From the human T2T-CHM13v2.0 reference genome, Homo sapiens: a DNA stretch of 64,000 bases. The stretch lies in NCBI RefSeq assembly GCF_009914755.1, contig NC_060934.1; one strand, given 5' to 3'. Positions 22,072 to 37,400 of the stretch are shown here, one piece after another. Made by a program: the position numbers and the translations under genes. Below the pieces are notes generated by a model. The model made no database searches. It was given only the letters and a program-made list of their open reading frames with translations, and was not told where the DNA came from. Every line of letters starts with the position of its first letter. Position 1 is the first letter of the stretch.

Positions 22072-22352
22072 TTATTGTAAGTAGAGTACGATCTGTACTA
22101 CTGTTATTTCCATTTTCCAGGTAAACAAAACTGAGGCTGAGAGGAGTTATGCAACTTGCTGCCCTTAAGGCCACAAAGCTAGAGCGTGGTGGAGGCAAAA
22201 CAGTAGTGCCTAATTTACCACTTGCTTATTACCACTGAAAGAAAAGATGACATTTCCAGGTGTTTTGGGTGCTAATTCAATTCTTAAGTGTTTGTTTAGG
22301 ATCTAGCAATGTTTGTCCCCCAGGGTAAGGGGTAGGGTATCTTAAAAGGTGA

Positions 22353-22711
<359 letters not shown>

Positions 22712-23413
22712 TAAAATAGAGCTTTTACGGCTGGGCGTGGTTGGAAAATAAAAGATGTGAAACTATCCTCGGCTAGTATCCATCTGCCCCTTCTCTCAAC
22801 CATGCATCATTTGTCACTTGCGGGGAAGGTGGAGGGAAGATCAAGATGGCAGATGGAGGAAGAGAGGACTTGGAAACCCTCGTTTCTTCTGATTTGCCTC
22901 TGACTTGAACTGAAGCTCATGCTCCCGTGAACCTGGAAACATTTTGATTTCTGGAAGGAGCTGCGTGCAGAAAGTCTGACTGGACCAAATTAAAACTTTG
23001 GGTTTTAGGTAGGCACAGCCACAAAAAAGTTGAAATTGGCATGTCTTGTCCAAGGCTACCTATCAATACAGAAATAGAAGTGGCTCTCTGGCCTGGCTGT
23101 CTGGGATTGTGATGCCTCATTGTGGGGCCTGCCTGTAACTGAAGGTTCTGCATGAGTCACAGATCTCCCTGGTGCAGGGCAGCAACCCAGTGGCTTGGTT
23201 AACTGGGGAGGGAAAGAGAGAAGTTTTTGTTTATGATCTCATTCCAATCAGAATGTTTCCAGACACCCAAATATTTGATTTGAGCCTGATTGCTAAGAGA
23301 CCTCCCACTGGGACCAGCTGCCTGCAGGCAGGAGGGCAGTATTGGCGTCATTTCCGATTTCTGCCAATTTATTTTGAAACCAGAAAACCTAGAACCTCGG
23401 CCTCCTCAAGGCA

Positions 23414-23523
23414 ACCAGGGGGAGAGGAGAGATCTGAATCAGAGGAAATACAGAGAGAAAAACCCGCTACCAGCGGGAGAGGAGAGATCTGAGTCAGAGG
23501 AACTACAGAGAGAAAAACCTGCT
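23414..23523. repeat. Imperfect 2x55-bp tandem duplication
   Basis: ACCAG(G/C)GGGAGAGGAGAGATCTGA(A/G)TCAGAGGAA(A/C)TACAGAGAGAAAAACC(C/T)GCT twice, 4 mismatches. Confidence 0.95.
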
Positions 23524-24066
23524 AATCTTCTGCCAGGGAGCTGTAGGAAGGTTTGGGATAGAATGATGACATCGTGCTTACTTACTTCATGGGAAATAGG
23601 TTGGTAGGGTAATGAAGAAGAAATTGAAGCTTTGTGCTTAGAAATGCAAGTTTCATCTTGAAGAAACCTCAGGGATTCCATAACAATGCTGGATTTCTGA
23701 CTAATAACTGGGCGTCATGAAGGCTGCCCTGATTCACATTTGGAACCATACACCCAGATCTTGGGTTTTAATTGCCTAGTGACTTAAACCCCTTAGGGAA
23801 ATGGCAGGATTAACACTGTCATGTGTAAGCCTGTGCAGGGTCAGTGCAAATGGGAGAGGTGGGGAAACCTGCTTCTGGCTTCCCTCCTTTCTCAGCAGAA
23901 GGCAGACAGCTGAAGGGAAAAGGCTTCACATCTGTATGGTATCAATGAACATTGGGCTTTCCCACACTAGTAGCAGCAGAACAGAAACTCTGGATGTGAC
24001 CTCTATCCCCAGTGCCACTCTCAGGACCAAGTCGTGATAAATACAGACCTATAACTTTTTCCAGGG

Positions 24067-24282
24067 TTTTGTTGTTGTTGTTGTTGCCCAGGCTGGAGTG
24101 CAGTGGTGCAATCTCGGCTCACTGCAACCTCAAACTCCCAGATTCAAGCTATTCTTGTGCCTCAGCCTCCCATGTTGCTGGGACTGCAGGCACATGCCAC
24201 CGCACCTGGCTAGTTTTTGTATTTTTAGTACAGATGGGGTTTCACTATGTTGGCCAGGCTGGTCACGATCTTCTGACCTCAG
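24067..24282 (-). mobile_element. 5'-truncated Alu abutting the MLT2 fragment
   Basis: (TTG)n tail, then Alu up to CTGACCTCAGG. Confidence 0.85.
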
Positions 24283-24478
24283 GGCAGGAGAAATTGGATG
24301 TCCCAACTCCAACAATCAGGCAGGAAGGGAAAAAGGAGCAAATTCCTCTTTCCTCCATCTGTTTGCTCTATTCAAGCCCTCAATGGATTGTTCAATGCCC
24401 TCCCACACTAGAGAGGGTTTTCTACTTCACCGTGACCCCATGGTGCGGTCAAGTTAACACATAAAATGACTCATCACA
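24282..24478 (-). mobile_element. MLT2 (ERVL) LTR fragment
   Basis: Ends GTCAAGTTAACACATAAAATGACTCATCACA, the reverse complement of the MLT2 start TGTGATGGTTAATTTTATGTGTCAACTTGAC. Confidence 0.65.
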
Positions 24479-24635
24479 GTCTTCCTCTCAATGACATTCT
24501 GCGGAGCAGGACAGCACAGTGGGTTTTGCTTTCAGATGCAACCTTATTGCAGGCTCCACTCTTTTCTGATGAGCCATGTGATCTTGGGCAAGTTCTGATG
24601 CCTCAATTTCTCCAGCTGTCAAAACCTATCCTGAT

Positions 24636-25903
<1,268 letters not shown>

Positions 25904-26090
25904 CCACGCTATCCTGAAAGAAGTATTTGCTGGGTTTTAAAAGGATGGGTAGTAGTTTGGCACTTGGAAAAAAAAAGTCACGGGAGGGAGCTTTAAATTA
26001 AATATGGAAATAGGAGACAGAGGGACAGGGCCTGGGTCTAGCACCATATGGGCCACCCAGGAACTAGCTTGTAAATCCCTCTGATTTGAC

Positions 26091-26387
26091 TTTTATTTTT
26101 TTAGAGGAAGTCTCACTCTGTTGCCCAGCTGGAGTGCAGTGGCATGATCTTGGCTCACTGCAACCAACCTCTGCCTCCCAGGTTCAAGCAATTCTCCTGT
26201 CTCAGCCTCCCAAGTAGCTGGGATTACAGGCACATGTCACCACGCCTGGCTAATTTTTTTGTAGTTTTAGTAGAGATGGGGTTTCACCATATTGGACAGG
26301 CTGGTCTCAAACTCCTGACCTTAGGCAATCCACCTGCCTCAGCCTCCCAAAGTGCTAGGATTACAGGCATGAGCCACCGCGCCTGGC
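26091..26387 (-). mobile_element. AluS
   Basis: TSD ttgacttt. Confidence 0.9.
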
Positions 26388-27304
26388 CTGGATTGACTTT
26401 GAAGGGCTCAAATCAAGTTTGCTTGACTGGGAAACAAGATGAGAAAGGAAATGCATGCACAGTTCCATGAACAAGGAAGTCTGGAAACCTAGAATGAATA
26501 GTTTGAACGTGATATGGAAGGTAATGGAGAATCACCAATGCAGTGCCCATCTGGGTCTCATGGTTACAGAAGGCATGAAATCAGCAGGCTCTGTCATTTC
26601 CATCTTGCAAACCAGCAAAAGATACCCTTACCATGTGGAATACTTAAGTATTAAATCCAGGGAGAATGTCCCTCAATAGATAAGTTTTTGCTGGTGAAGT
26701 CTGTGTGCCGAGAAATTCTGCAAGACATGCTTAAATTTGTTCCCCAGTCTTTGGTTAAATAGACCATGTCATCCAAGGTACCAACAACTTGCTTCCACCA
26801 CGGAAGCTATTATGTCAGTGGTGCTGCATGATGACAGATATCCTTGCTAATGAGGAACATTGGCATGGAGGAGAAGGCCACTCCAAATAAGATGAATTGC
26901 TGCAGATGGAGAGCCAAAGTCTGCATGGAGATCTTGAATATTCCATAGGCTGTTCAGCCAAAATCTGTCTCTTAGTTTTTCAGTAATGATAGATGACAAA
27001 GCCTGGGGTAAAAATAAATCCACTTTCATGTTAGTTGTTTCTGGCTGGTTCAGCGGGAAACAGCATCGTTAACCTTCAGGGGACTGGGGGATGCCTGAGA
27101 TCTGGAAGCTGGGGCCTCTTTAGGAGGAATGGTTGGGGAAGGCTGAGGGGCTAGAGAGTCACCCTAGGCTAAGTTCCTCCTCACTGTTCTCTTTTCTTAG
27201 TTATTGTGTAAATTTAATCAGGAGAAAAGCTCTTGTCAAGGCTGGTAATTGAAACATCTTTCTTAAATGCATCAGTTTAAGGCCAGCGATTGCATTAGGT
27301 CAGG

Positions 27305-28285
27305 TGTGGGGAAAAGAAAGAGAGCTCAGACTGTTACTGTGTCTATGTAGAAAGAAGTAGACATAAGAGACTCCATTTTGTTCTGCACTAAGAAAAATTC
27401 TTCTGTCTTGAGATGCTGTTAATCTGTAACCCTAGCCCCAACCCTGTGCTCACAGAGACAGGTGCTGTGTTGACTCAAGGTTTAATGGATTTAGGGCTAT
27501 GTAGGATGTGCTTTGTTAAACAAGTGCTTGAAGGCACTATGATTGTAAAAGTCATCACCACTCTCTAATCTCAAGTACCCAGGGACACAACACACTGCGG
27601 AAGGCCACAGGGACCTCTGCCTAGGGAAGCCAGGAATTGTCCAAGCTTTCTCCCCATGTGATAGCCTGAGATATGGCCTGGTGGGAAGGGAAAGACCTGA
27701 ACATCCCCCAGCCCGACACCTGTAAAGGGTCTGTGCTGAGGAGGATTAGTAAAAGAGGAAGGCCTCTTTGCAGTTGAGATAAGAGGAAGGCATTTGTCTC
27801 CTGCTCGTCCCTGGGCAATGGAATGTCTCAGTGTAAAACCTGATTGTATGTTCCATTTACTGAGGTAGGAGAAAACCACCTTAGGGCTGGAGGTGAGACA
27901 TGCTGGTGGCAATACTGCTCTTTAATGCACCAGCAATACTGCTCTTTAATGCACCGAGATGTTTGTATACATGCACATCAAGGCACAGCACCTTTTCTTT
28001 ACCTTGTTTATGACACAGAGTTCACATGTTTTCCTGCTGACCCTCTCCCCACTATTACCCTATTGTCCTGCCACATCCCCTCTCCAAGATGGTAGAGATA
28101 ATGATCAATAAATACTGAGGGAACTTAGGTCTCAGTGCCAGCTCGCGTCCTCCGTATGCTGAGCGCCGGTCCCTTGGGCCCACTTTTCTTTCTCTATATT
28201 TTGTCTCTGTGTCTCTTTCTTTTCTCAGTCTCTTGTTCCACCTGACGAGAAACACCCACAGGTGTGGAGGGGCTGGCCCCCTTCA
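27305..28285 (+). mobile_element. HERV-K(HML-2) solo LTR, LTR5A/LTR5B-like
   Basis: Starts TGTGGGGAAAAGAAAGAGAG, ends GGCTGGCCCCCTTCA; about 980 bp; AATAAA near 28108; 6-bp TSD gtcagg/gtaagg. Confidence 0.93.
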
Positions 28286-28629
28286 GTAAGGTACCTACAT
28301 TTCATCCTGAGTACAGTTGTCATCCAAGCACCCCGCAGACTGGTTTATGTCCATCTGAGGTGTAAATTCCACAGAAACCTCAATTGGTGAGCAGTGGAAA
28401 AAGCAGTTGGACCTGAAATGCTGAGAGGCACTTAGCATTTGCCTCGAAACATTTTGGATGGGTATTTTCCCTTTATCCTTCCTCCATTTTCAGAAATACT
28501 TGGAGAAGTAGAAGACCCACAGTGGCCCAATAGCGGCAATATCATTAAAAAATAAAAATAAAAAGCTACAAGTCATTCACCTTTATAAAATATTGGTCTT
28601 TACTTACAGGTCTAAAATTAATTTTTTAA

Positions 28630-28937
<308 letters not shown>

Positions 28938-29069
28938 TAAGAAAACTGCTATATGTTTCTGGTGTTAAGAGTCCAAAAGTTTGGGATCAGAAGAGTTAAT
29001 GTCCACAGTTCCAAGGCATTCACAGGGAATAACATATTGGCAGCATCTTTCTACTTAATAGATTTTCTT

Positions 29070-29331
29070 GGCCAGACGCAGTGGTTCACACCTGTAATCC
29101 TAGCACTTTGGGAGGCCGAAGCGGGCAGATCACGAGGTCAGCAGTTCGAGACCAGCCTGGCAAACATGGTGAAACCCCATCTCTACTAAAAATACAAAAA
29201 TTAGCTGGGCGTGGTGGCAGGCGCCTGTAATTCTAGCTACTCAGGAGGCTGAGGCAAGAGAATCACTTGAACCCAGGAGGTGGAGGTTGTAGTGAGCCCA
29301 GACCATGCCATTGCACTCCAGCTGGGTGACA
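29070..29331 (+). mobile_element. AluS lacking its 3' end and A-tail
   Basis: Stops at CCAGCTGGGTGACA and continues directly into MaLR internal sequence. Confidence 0.9.
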
Positions 29332-31070
29332 TAACAAAGAGACTAGTGATATTGTTCCCTTTCTCTATGAATCTGTTGAAATTTGAACTTGAAAGAGACG
29401 ATTTAGGGTATCTGGTGGAAGAAATGTCTAAGCATTAAACCATTCAAGAGGAGGCCTGGTTTCTTCTAAATGCCTAGCTCATTTGCATAAACAAAGAAAT
29501 GACCTGAAACTAGAGCTTATATTTATAACAGAAGCAGAGCATAAAGTTTTGGAACATTTGCAGCTCCACCTTGTGGTAAAAAAGAAAAATCCATTTTCTG
29601 GGGAGGACTTCAAGGCTGCAGAAATTTGCATAAAGAAAGAAGAGCTGAATGTTAACAGCCAAGACAATGGGGAAAATGCCTTCAAGGCATTTCAAAGACC
29701 TTTAGGACAGCCCTTCCCATCACAGGCCTGGCAGCATAGGAGGGAAAAAATAGTTTTGTGGCCCAAGTCTAGAGCCCCAGTGCTCTGTGCAGCTTTGGGA
29801 CATGGTGCCCTGTGTCCCAGCTACTCAAATTCCAGCCATGGCTAAAAGGGGCCAACTTATAGCTTGGGCTGTTGCTTCAGAGGGTGCAAGCCCCAAGTCA
29901 TGGTGGCTTCCTCGTGGTGTTTGGCTTGTGGGTTAGCAGAAGGCAAAAGCTGAGGTTTGCAAGCCTCTGCCTAGATTTCAGAGGATATATGGAAATGCTT
30001 AGAGGTCAAGGCAGAAGTCTGCTGCAGGGGTATAGCTTTCATGGAGAACCTCTATTAGGACAGTGCGTGAGGAAATGTGGACTTGGAGCCCCCACAGAGT
30101 CCCCACTGGGGCACTGCCTAGTGGAGATGTAAGAAGACAGCCACCATCCTCCAGACCCCAGAATGGTATATAAACCTACAGCTTGCACCATGCACCTAGA
30201 AAAGCCACAGACACTCAATGCTAGCTTATGAAAGCAGCAGCTGGAGCTGTACCCTGCAGAGCCACAGAGGCCAAGCTACCGAAGGCCTTGGAAGCCCAAC
30301 CCTTGCATCAGTATGGCTTGAATTTGAGACATGGAGTCAAAGAAAAGCATTTGGGAGCTTTAAGATGTAATGACTGCCCTGCTGGGTTTCAGACTTGCAT
30401 AGGGCCTGTAATCGCTTGGTTTTGGCCAATTTCTGCCTTTTGGAATGGGAGCATTCACCCAATATCTGTAACCCTATTGTATCTTGGAAATAACTTATTT
30501 GGTTTTGATTTCACAGGCTCATAGGTGAAAGGATTTGCCTTGTCTCAGATGACACTTTGGACTTGGACTTTTCAGTTAATGTTGAAATGAGTTAATACTT
30601 TGAGGGGGTTTGGGGAAGGCATGATTGTGTTTTGAAATTTGGGGAGGACATGTGATTTGGGAGGGGCCATTGTTGGACTGATACAGTTTGGCTCTATGTC
30701 CCCATCCAAATCTCATGTCAAATTGTAATCCCCATGTGTTGGATGAGGGGCAAGGTGGGAGGTGATTCAATCATGGGGGAAGACTTCCCCATTGCTGTGC
30801 TTGTGATAATGAATGAGTTCTCATGAGATCTGGTCATTTCAAAAGTGTGTAGTGCTTCCCCCTTCTCACTCTCTTTCCTGCCACCACGTGAAGATGTGTT
30901 TGCTTCCCTTTCACCTTCTGCCATGATTGTAAGTTTCCTGAGGCCTCTCAGCCATGATTCTTATATAGCCTACAGAACTGTATAAAAGGTGAGTCAATTA
31001 AACCTCTTTTCTTCATAAATTTTCCAGTCTCATGTAGTTCTTTATAGCAGTGTGACAATAAACTAATACA
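29332..31070 (+). mobile_element. 5'-truncated MaLR element (THE1D/MSTA-like internal region plus 3' LTR ~30679-31070)
   Basis: The internal region is homologous to the THE1 internal at 44960-46250; the LTR ends AAACTAATACA; the 5' LTR is absent. Confidence 0.88.
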
Positions 31071-32632
31071 GAGGGAAATAATGAAATAACATCACTCTAT
31101 CTCTCTGCTTTCTCTGGAAAGAATACATAATACAACTTAGATTGTTACTAATGCTTTAGTAAAATAAATTGAAGCTCAGGCCCTTCAATTAATGAAAGAA
31201 GTGGCATTGAGGTTGAATCCCAACTATTGGTGTTATGCAGGTAAAGAGAATGTCATAACCACATTTGCATTTAGTTTTCCAATTATGCCTGAATTCTGGA
31301 GAATGGACAGGAGATCATCAAAATGGAAGACAAGAAGATCATATAGGATAGCCTAGAAGTAAAAGGCCAGTTAATAAGACATGTTTGAAATAGTTTACGT
31401 GGAGAAAGAGAATACTGCTGGAAAAATGTAGCAAGATGGGTGGAAAAATCTGATGTCTATAACTGGTAATTATGAGGCTCAATATCTGATTTTATTGAGC
31501 TTGGCATGTGAATATATGGTTTCCAGGAAAGAGTCAAAATGAGTCAAAAATGATTTATAGGTTTCCAGTATGGGCAACTCACAGAAACAGAGAGGGTCAT
31601 GTTATTGACTGAGGTAAGGAATGATGGTGAAAGTTTTAATCACATTTATATTTAAGAACCAGCAAGGTATTAAAGTCGAGCTCTCCATTGGGCATTTGAA
31701 TATATGAGTATGCATTTTCGAGTTTTAATTGGAAATACAGATATTGGTATTGTTGAAGCCTGAAAATAAATCATTACCCAAAACTTTTAAATGAAAAAAA
31801 GAAAGGTGATTAACTTTATACTAATATTTAAGGTCAGAAAAAAAGGAGCAAGTATAAAAAATACCAAAGAAACATCAGAGACCTAAGAAGAAAGGCAACA
31901 TAGTACCACAAAAGCCAAGAAGAGCATTTTATCAAGAACAGAGGAGCCAAGTAGTAAGTCAAGTAGGATAAAAACTATATGAGTCAATTAACTTTAAATG
32001 TGAAGGATTTACTTCATATGTTGGACTTGGACTTTTAAGTTAATAAACTTTAAACTTTTGATAATAAACGTTATTCTTTTCAAATTATAGGTTGAGAAGT
32101 TGCATCACATATTGTATAGAGCAAACAACTTGTGAAATTGCTCTACTCTAATTCTCTGGCTCTTTTCATTCAGATATGTTGTCTTCTTCTTGGGGGCAAA
32201 ATATTTTCCATATTTGGGAGAACAAACTTTCAATCTTCCATAACATGAATGTTCCCTGGAAAGGAACTCTTGAGTCAAAGAGTTTCATTGACCCAGGCTA
32301 ATATAAGGCCATGGTACCTATAACCATATGAATGGAGGCCTCGTGTATTTTTAAAATGAAAATCATAAGAAACGGTATACTCCATTGCCTTACACTTGTG
32401 CTAGGATCCAATAAGGCCATAATTAAAAGAAATGTGGAAACTATCACATCTCTTGTAATTATCTCAAGATTTTGTCACACTTCTCTAACTCAACTTAAGC
32501 TCAATAATTCAAGATTCATTAAAATATAAAATAATAAAGCTATACAATTGGCATATCTAAGTAATGATATTTAAATGTTCCTTCAAGATAGTAGTTAATG
32601 AAACCTAGCTATGCCTCTAATCCCCAGAGAAT

Positions 32633-32637
<5 letters not shown>

Positions 32638-32678
<41 letters not shown>

Positions 32679-32698
32679 GTATATATATATATATGTAT
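32638..32698. repeat. (TA)n microsatellite
   Basis: Interrupted TA dinucleotide run. Confidence 0.95.
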
Positions 32699-32804
32699 GC
32701 CATGTAATCACATATTTCAGTGCACTACCACTAAAATAAATCAATACAAAGAAGATAAAATAAACTGAAAGCCATAGCATCTCAGATATTTTATCATCAG
32801 CAAT

Positions 32805-33087
32805 AAATTAGCACTGTGGTATCTACTAGCCACAGGTGTTTTTTGAGTATCAGAAATGTGGCTAGTCTCAGTTAAGAACTATTGCAATGGTAAAATACTA
32901 GATTTCAAAGAATAGGGTAAAGTAAACCTTTTAATAAACTTCGAATGGATTTTATGGTTAAATTATAATAAATTTACATATGAGATTAAATAAAATATTT
33001 TAATATTGCTATCACATAATTCTTTTTACTTTTTAAATATGAATACTAGATAATTTACATATATGGCTCACATATATTGGACATTGT
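32805..33087. mobile_element. MER33/MER3-like hAT-Charlie element
   Basis: CTACTAGCCACAGGTG..GAAATGTGGCTAGT...TGGCTCACAT..ATTGGACA motifs. Confidence 0.6.
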
Positions 33088-33864
33088 GCCTGAAGTATCA
33101 TCTTACTAGTCTTATTGATTTACATAGTTTTAGTCCTTCTGAAAAAAATCTTAGAAACCCTAAAGCAATCTTATCACTTTAGTATCACTGAGAAAATTGG
33201 AAAATCATCTAATTAACCAGAGGAGCTTAACAGAAAAGGAATAATAACAGGGATATTTTGAAAACCACTGGTCATATTTCAGAAAGAATAATAAACAACT
33301 AGACTACATAGGGAATGAATTAGAACATTAGTAACCGCCAGATGTAGCTAGTTCTGATCCTAGAGCTTTAGAATCTATCCCTTGACTTAACCAAATAAGT
33401 GTTCTTATTGTGTTTATAACTAGTTTTAAAAGCCTAACATGGAAAGCAAAGTCTAATTTGAAGAGGTCAAGCCAGATGTTTTTGTTGCAAATAACTAAAT
33501 GTATGTATGTATGTAGTTAAGAAACAGAGAGAATTCAGGCTCGGTCATCATTTATGATGACAGGCACCTCCATAATAAGACAGGTGGCCTCCATGTTTAT
33601 TTCATTTAATTTTTAATTAAAGAAAACTTTTGATTATAAACGTTATTCTTCTCAAATTATAGGTTGAGAAGTTGAGTCACATATTGTATAGACACAACTT
33701 GTGAAGTTGTTCTACTCTAATTCTCTGGCTCTTTCCATTCAGATATGCTGTCTTCTTTTTGAGGTCAAAATATTTTTAACATTTGGGAGAGCAAAATTTC
33801 AATCTTCTGTAACATGAACGTTCCCTGGAGAGGAATGAAATTTAAATTCAGAAAACAAAAATGA

Positions 33865-34224
<360 letters not shown>

Positions 34225-35764
34225 CAAACTTATTTTTTATCTCACAAAATAAATTATTTTACTTAACAATTAAAAAATTTAAAGGTGTGTATCCATGGCT
34301 AATTGACTCTCATAAATAACCCTGGCAACAAAGAGACTTAAATTTTAATTTTCTAACTGAAGAACGTGAGCATACATGGCACATGGCTTCTAAAAGACCA
34401 AAATCATTGTCTTATTTTCTTTCCCTAGGTTCAACTTCTGCTAATAGTTACAGATTCTAATTTAATTTTTTAAATACATTCCTTTGTTAAATAAATAATG
34501 TAACAACTTTACCAAAAAAGAAATATTTTTGAATAAAAATGTTGAGATTAAAGACATGCAAATTTTGAAAACTTGTCTTTGTGAAATTTAGGTGCATAAA
34601 TAAGCTTGATATTGAACTTATGATACACTTGAGAGACACATATGACTATGTAACTCTTCATCATTTGCAGAATACTATCACATAATTTTATTAAATTTGA
34701 TGCACATAAATTACCCTTATTTATTATGCAATGTTGCTTCTATAAATGCCAATATAATGAGATTTAAGATGTACTTGTTATTAATGAATATTTAGCCTAA
34801 GTTTTAATTTACAACTGGTGACCTTTTTCCACAAAGAAATTTTTCTAGGGATGTGATATATGCATTCACTTTCACATGTATTCACTCTAGAATCTTCAAG
34901 TTCATTTAAGTGTCTAAGGCTATTTAAGGGAAAGTGAATATGGCTTGAGTTTCAGACTATGTTAGAGCTCCTGATATTCAGTCTCATCAAATTCACTGTG
35001 ACGAGTCCTGTCAAATTCTTTGCAGGGTGCCACATAATTTCCAAGGTCATTCATGCTTATACAGGCAAGCTGCCTGATAGCAGACTGGTCAGATATGTAA
35101 GAGTAAAAACAAGGAAAGAGCTCTATGAAAGGTGCTTTAGAGGCACGGCACTGATCGCAAATGAAAAACATTTTCTATGTATACAAGGGAGCACATTGAT
35201 TCAATGAATTCTCTGGTGAGTGCTAAAGTTGGTTAATCATGCTAATTAGGTGCCACTTGAGGACATTCATTTATTATCACCATCACAAGCACTGTCATAA
35301 GCACAATTTTCTACAGGTCGTTAATGAATATCTGTGTCATCACATCTTAGAAACTTTATTATTACCTTGTATTCTTTAGGTTTAATGATGGCTTGCTCCT
35401 ACTGAAGAAAGATCATTCAAGAATACATATGCTGAAAGCTAAAATGTTTTTAATCAGTTATTAGCATCTCACAATTTATTTTTTCTGTTCCAAAAGAACA
35501 TTTTGATTTACCAAGTAGTAACTTTTTGAATTTTTTGTTTCTTTCTTGAGTGTTCCCCTTAGGCTTACTATTTAAGTATCATTCTATTACTGATGACTTA
35601 GTGATGATCATTTAATGTTTATATTATCTATTGTGTTACAGACAATCTAATATACATCAGATTCACCTGGAGAAATTTTCAAACATACACGCAGATGCCT
35701 TGTTTAATGTGGCTAAAAACAGGGCTGGAGGACATTTGTATTTCTTAAAAACTCCAAATATGAG

Positions 35765-36065
<301 letters not shown>

Positions 36066-36702
36066 AAAAAACTCCAAATATGAGTAACCTTCCATATAAT
36101 ATATTACCTACCATTTTATCTGTCTTGGTTGCTGGATTTAGTGATTCTACAAGTACTCATTTCATGTCTACTGTATTCTGTGTGCTTAAGGCATTTCAAA
36201 GATCTGCCCTCAGGGAACATACATTCTCAGGCCAGATAAAACATAAAACGTAATAGGCTAATCACACAAAATATTGAAAAAAATGAGATCCTCTTAAGAA
36301 AATAGATAGCATTATAAAAACAATCGAAATCTGCAAAACATTCACTGGCACAGCCACACATACACATATGTATATATGGACTTTTCCACAAACATGTCCA
36401 CATACAGATTCATGTCCATGTAAACATCCATATCATTTCTATACCTATTACCTTTATCTCTAACTGCCTCACCTGTATTGTACCTATATCTACATGTACC
36501 TGCCAAACCCCCATACTTACTTTCAAAATGCAATTAATTCCAAATTGTTAAGGTTTTGGGGGCACCTATTTCTTTATTCTTAGATGATGTATTTATACTG
36601 CTTTTGATATGTCAGTTTTAAACATCAATTACTTGCTTTCTGTAAAGATAGTTGATGATTAAGCTCCTAAGTCACCTCTAGCTATCTGCTCACAGTTGAT
36701 AA

Positions 36703-36836
36703 ATATAACTCAGTATATATATATAAATATTATATATTAGTTTAGCTCAGTATATAAATATACTGAGTATATATATAATATACATATATATGAGTATATA
36801 TACACATATACATATACTAGTATATATACATATACT
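36703..36836. repeat. TA-rich low-complexity repeat
   Basis: TATATA/CATATA runs. Confidence 0.85.
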
Positions 36837-37400
36837 AAATTAATAAACTCTTTATGACTGTGTAAACATTAATGCAGGATCAAATAGTATGTTATGATTG
36901 CATGTTATTTTTTATAATTTTGCATGTTTTCATAGATAGAGTTCAGTTAATGAAAGCGTATTTTTTCTTCTCACAAATTTGTGTAATTCTCTAAAGTTTT
37001 AACATGACTTTTTTTTAATGTTCTTTTAAGTTTCCTTTCTCTGTCCTCCTTTTCACTGAAAAGAACAAAATATCAGTTCCTCAGGCCTGTGCTCCTGTGT
37101 GGCTGTACTCCTGGTCCTGACTTACTTCCCTGATTTGTACACATTGTTTTTTGGATTCCATGCTTTTTTTTTCTGTTTACTGTCTGGCTTTAATGGTGCA
37201 TATTATTATGCAAAATCTTAAGAATTTGTATATTAGAAGTAAGTTTGTGCTTTTATTCATCACTGAAAAAGAAACCTGTTTATTCTACCTTCACATTAGA
37301 TTTTCTTGGTTTTGTTGGAATTTGAATTCTGGGTTGAAAATATTTTTAAGATATTATATCCTAGCATTTCGGTATTGAGATGAGAATAGTAGCATCTGTC

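Larger units (their letters stand above)
32052..33835. repeat. Dispersed direct repeat of ~215 bp (32052-32266 and 33624-33835)
   Basis: Manual alignment: about 20 substitutions plus a 3-bp indel (~90% identity). Confidence 0.92.

Noticed and set aside
34959-35207. Overlapping ORFs in unique AT-rich DNA
   Set aside because: No recognisable homology or convincing splice signals; lengths are within chance expectation.
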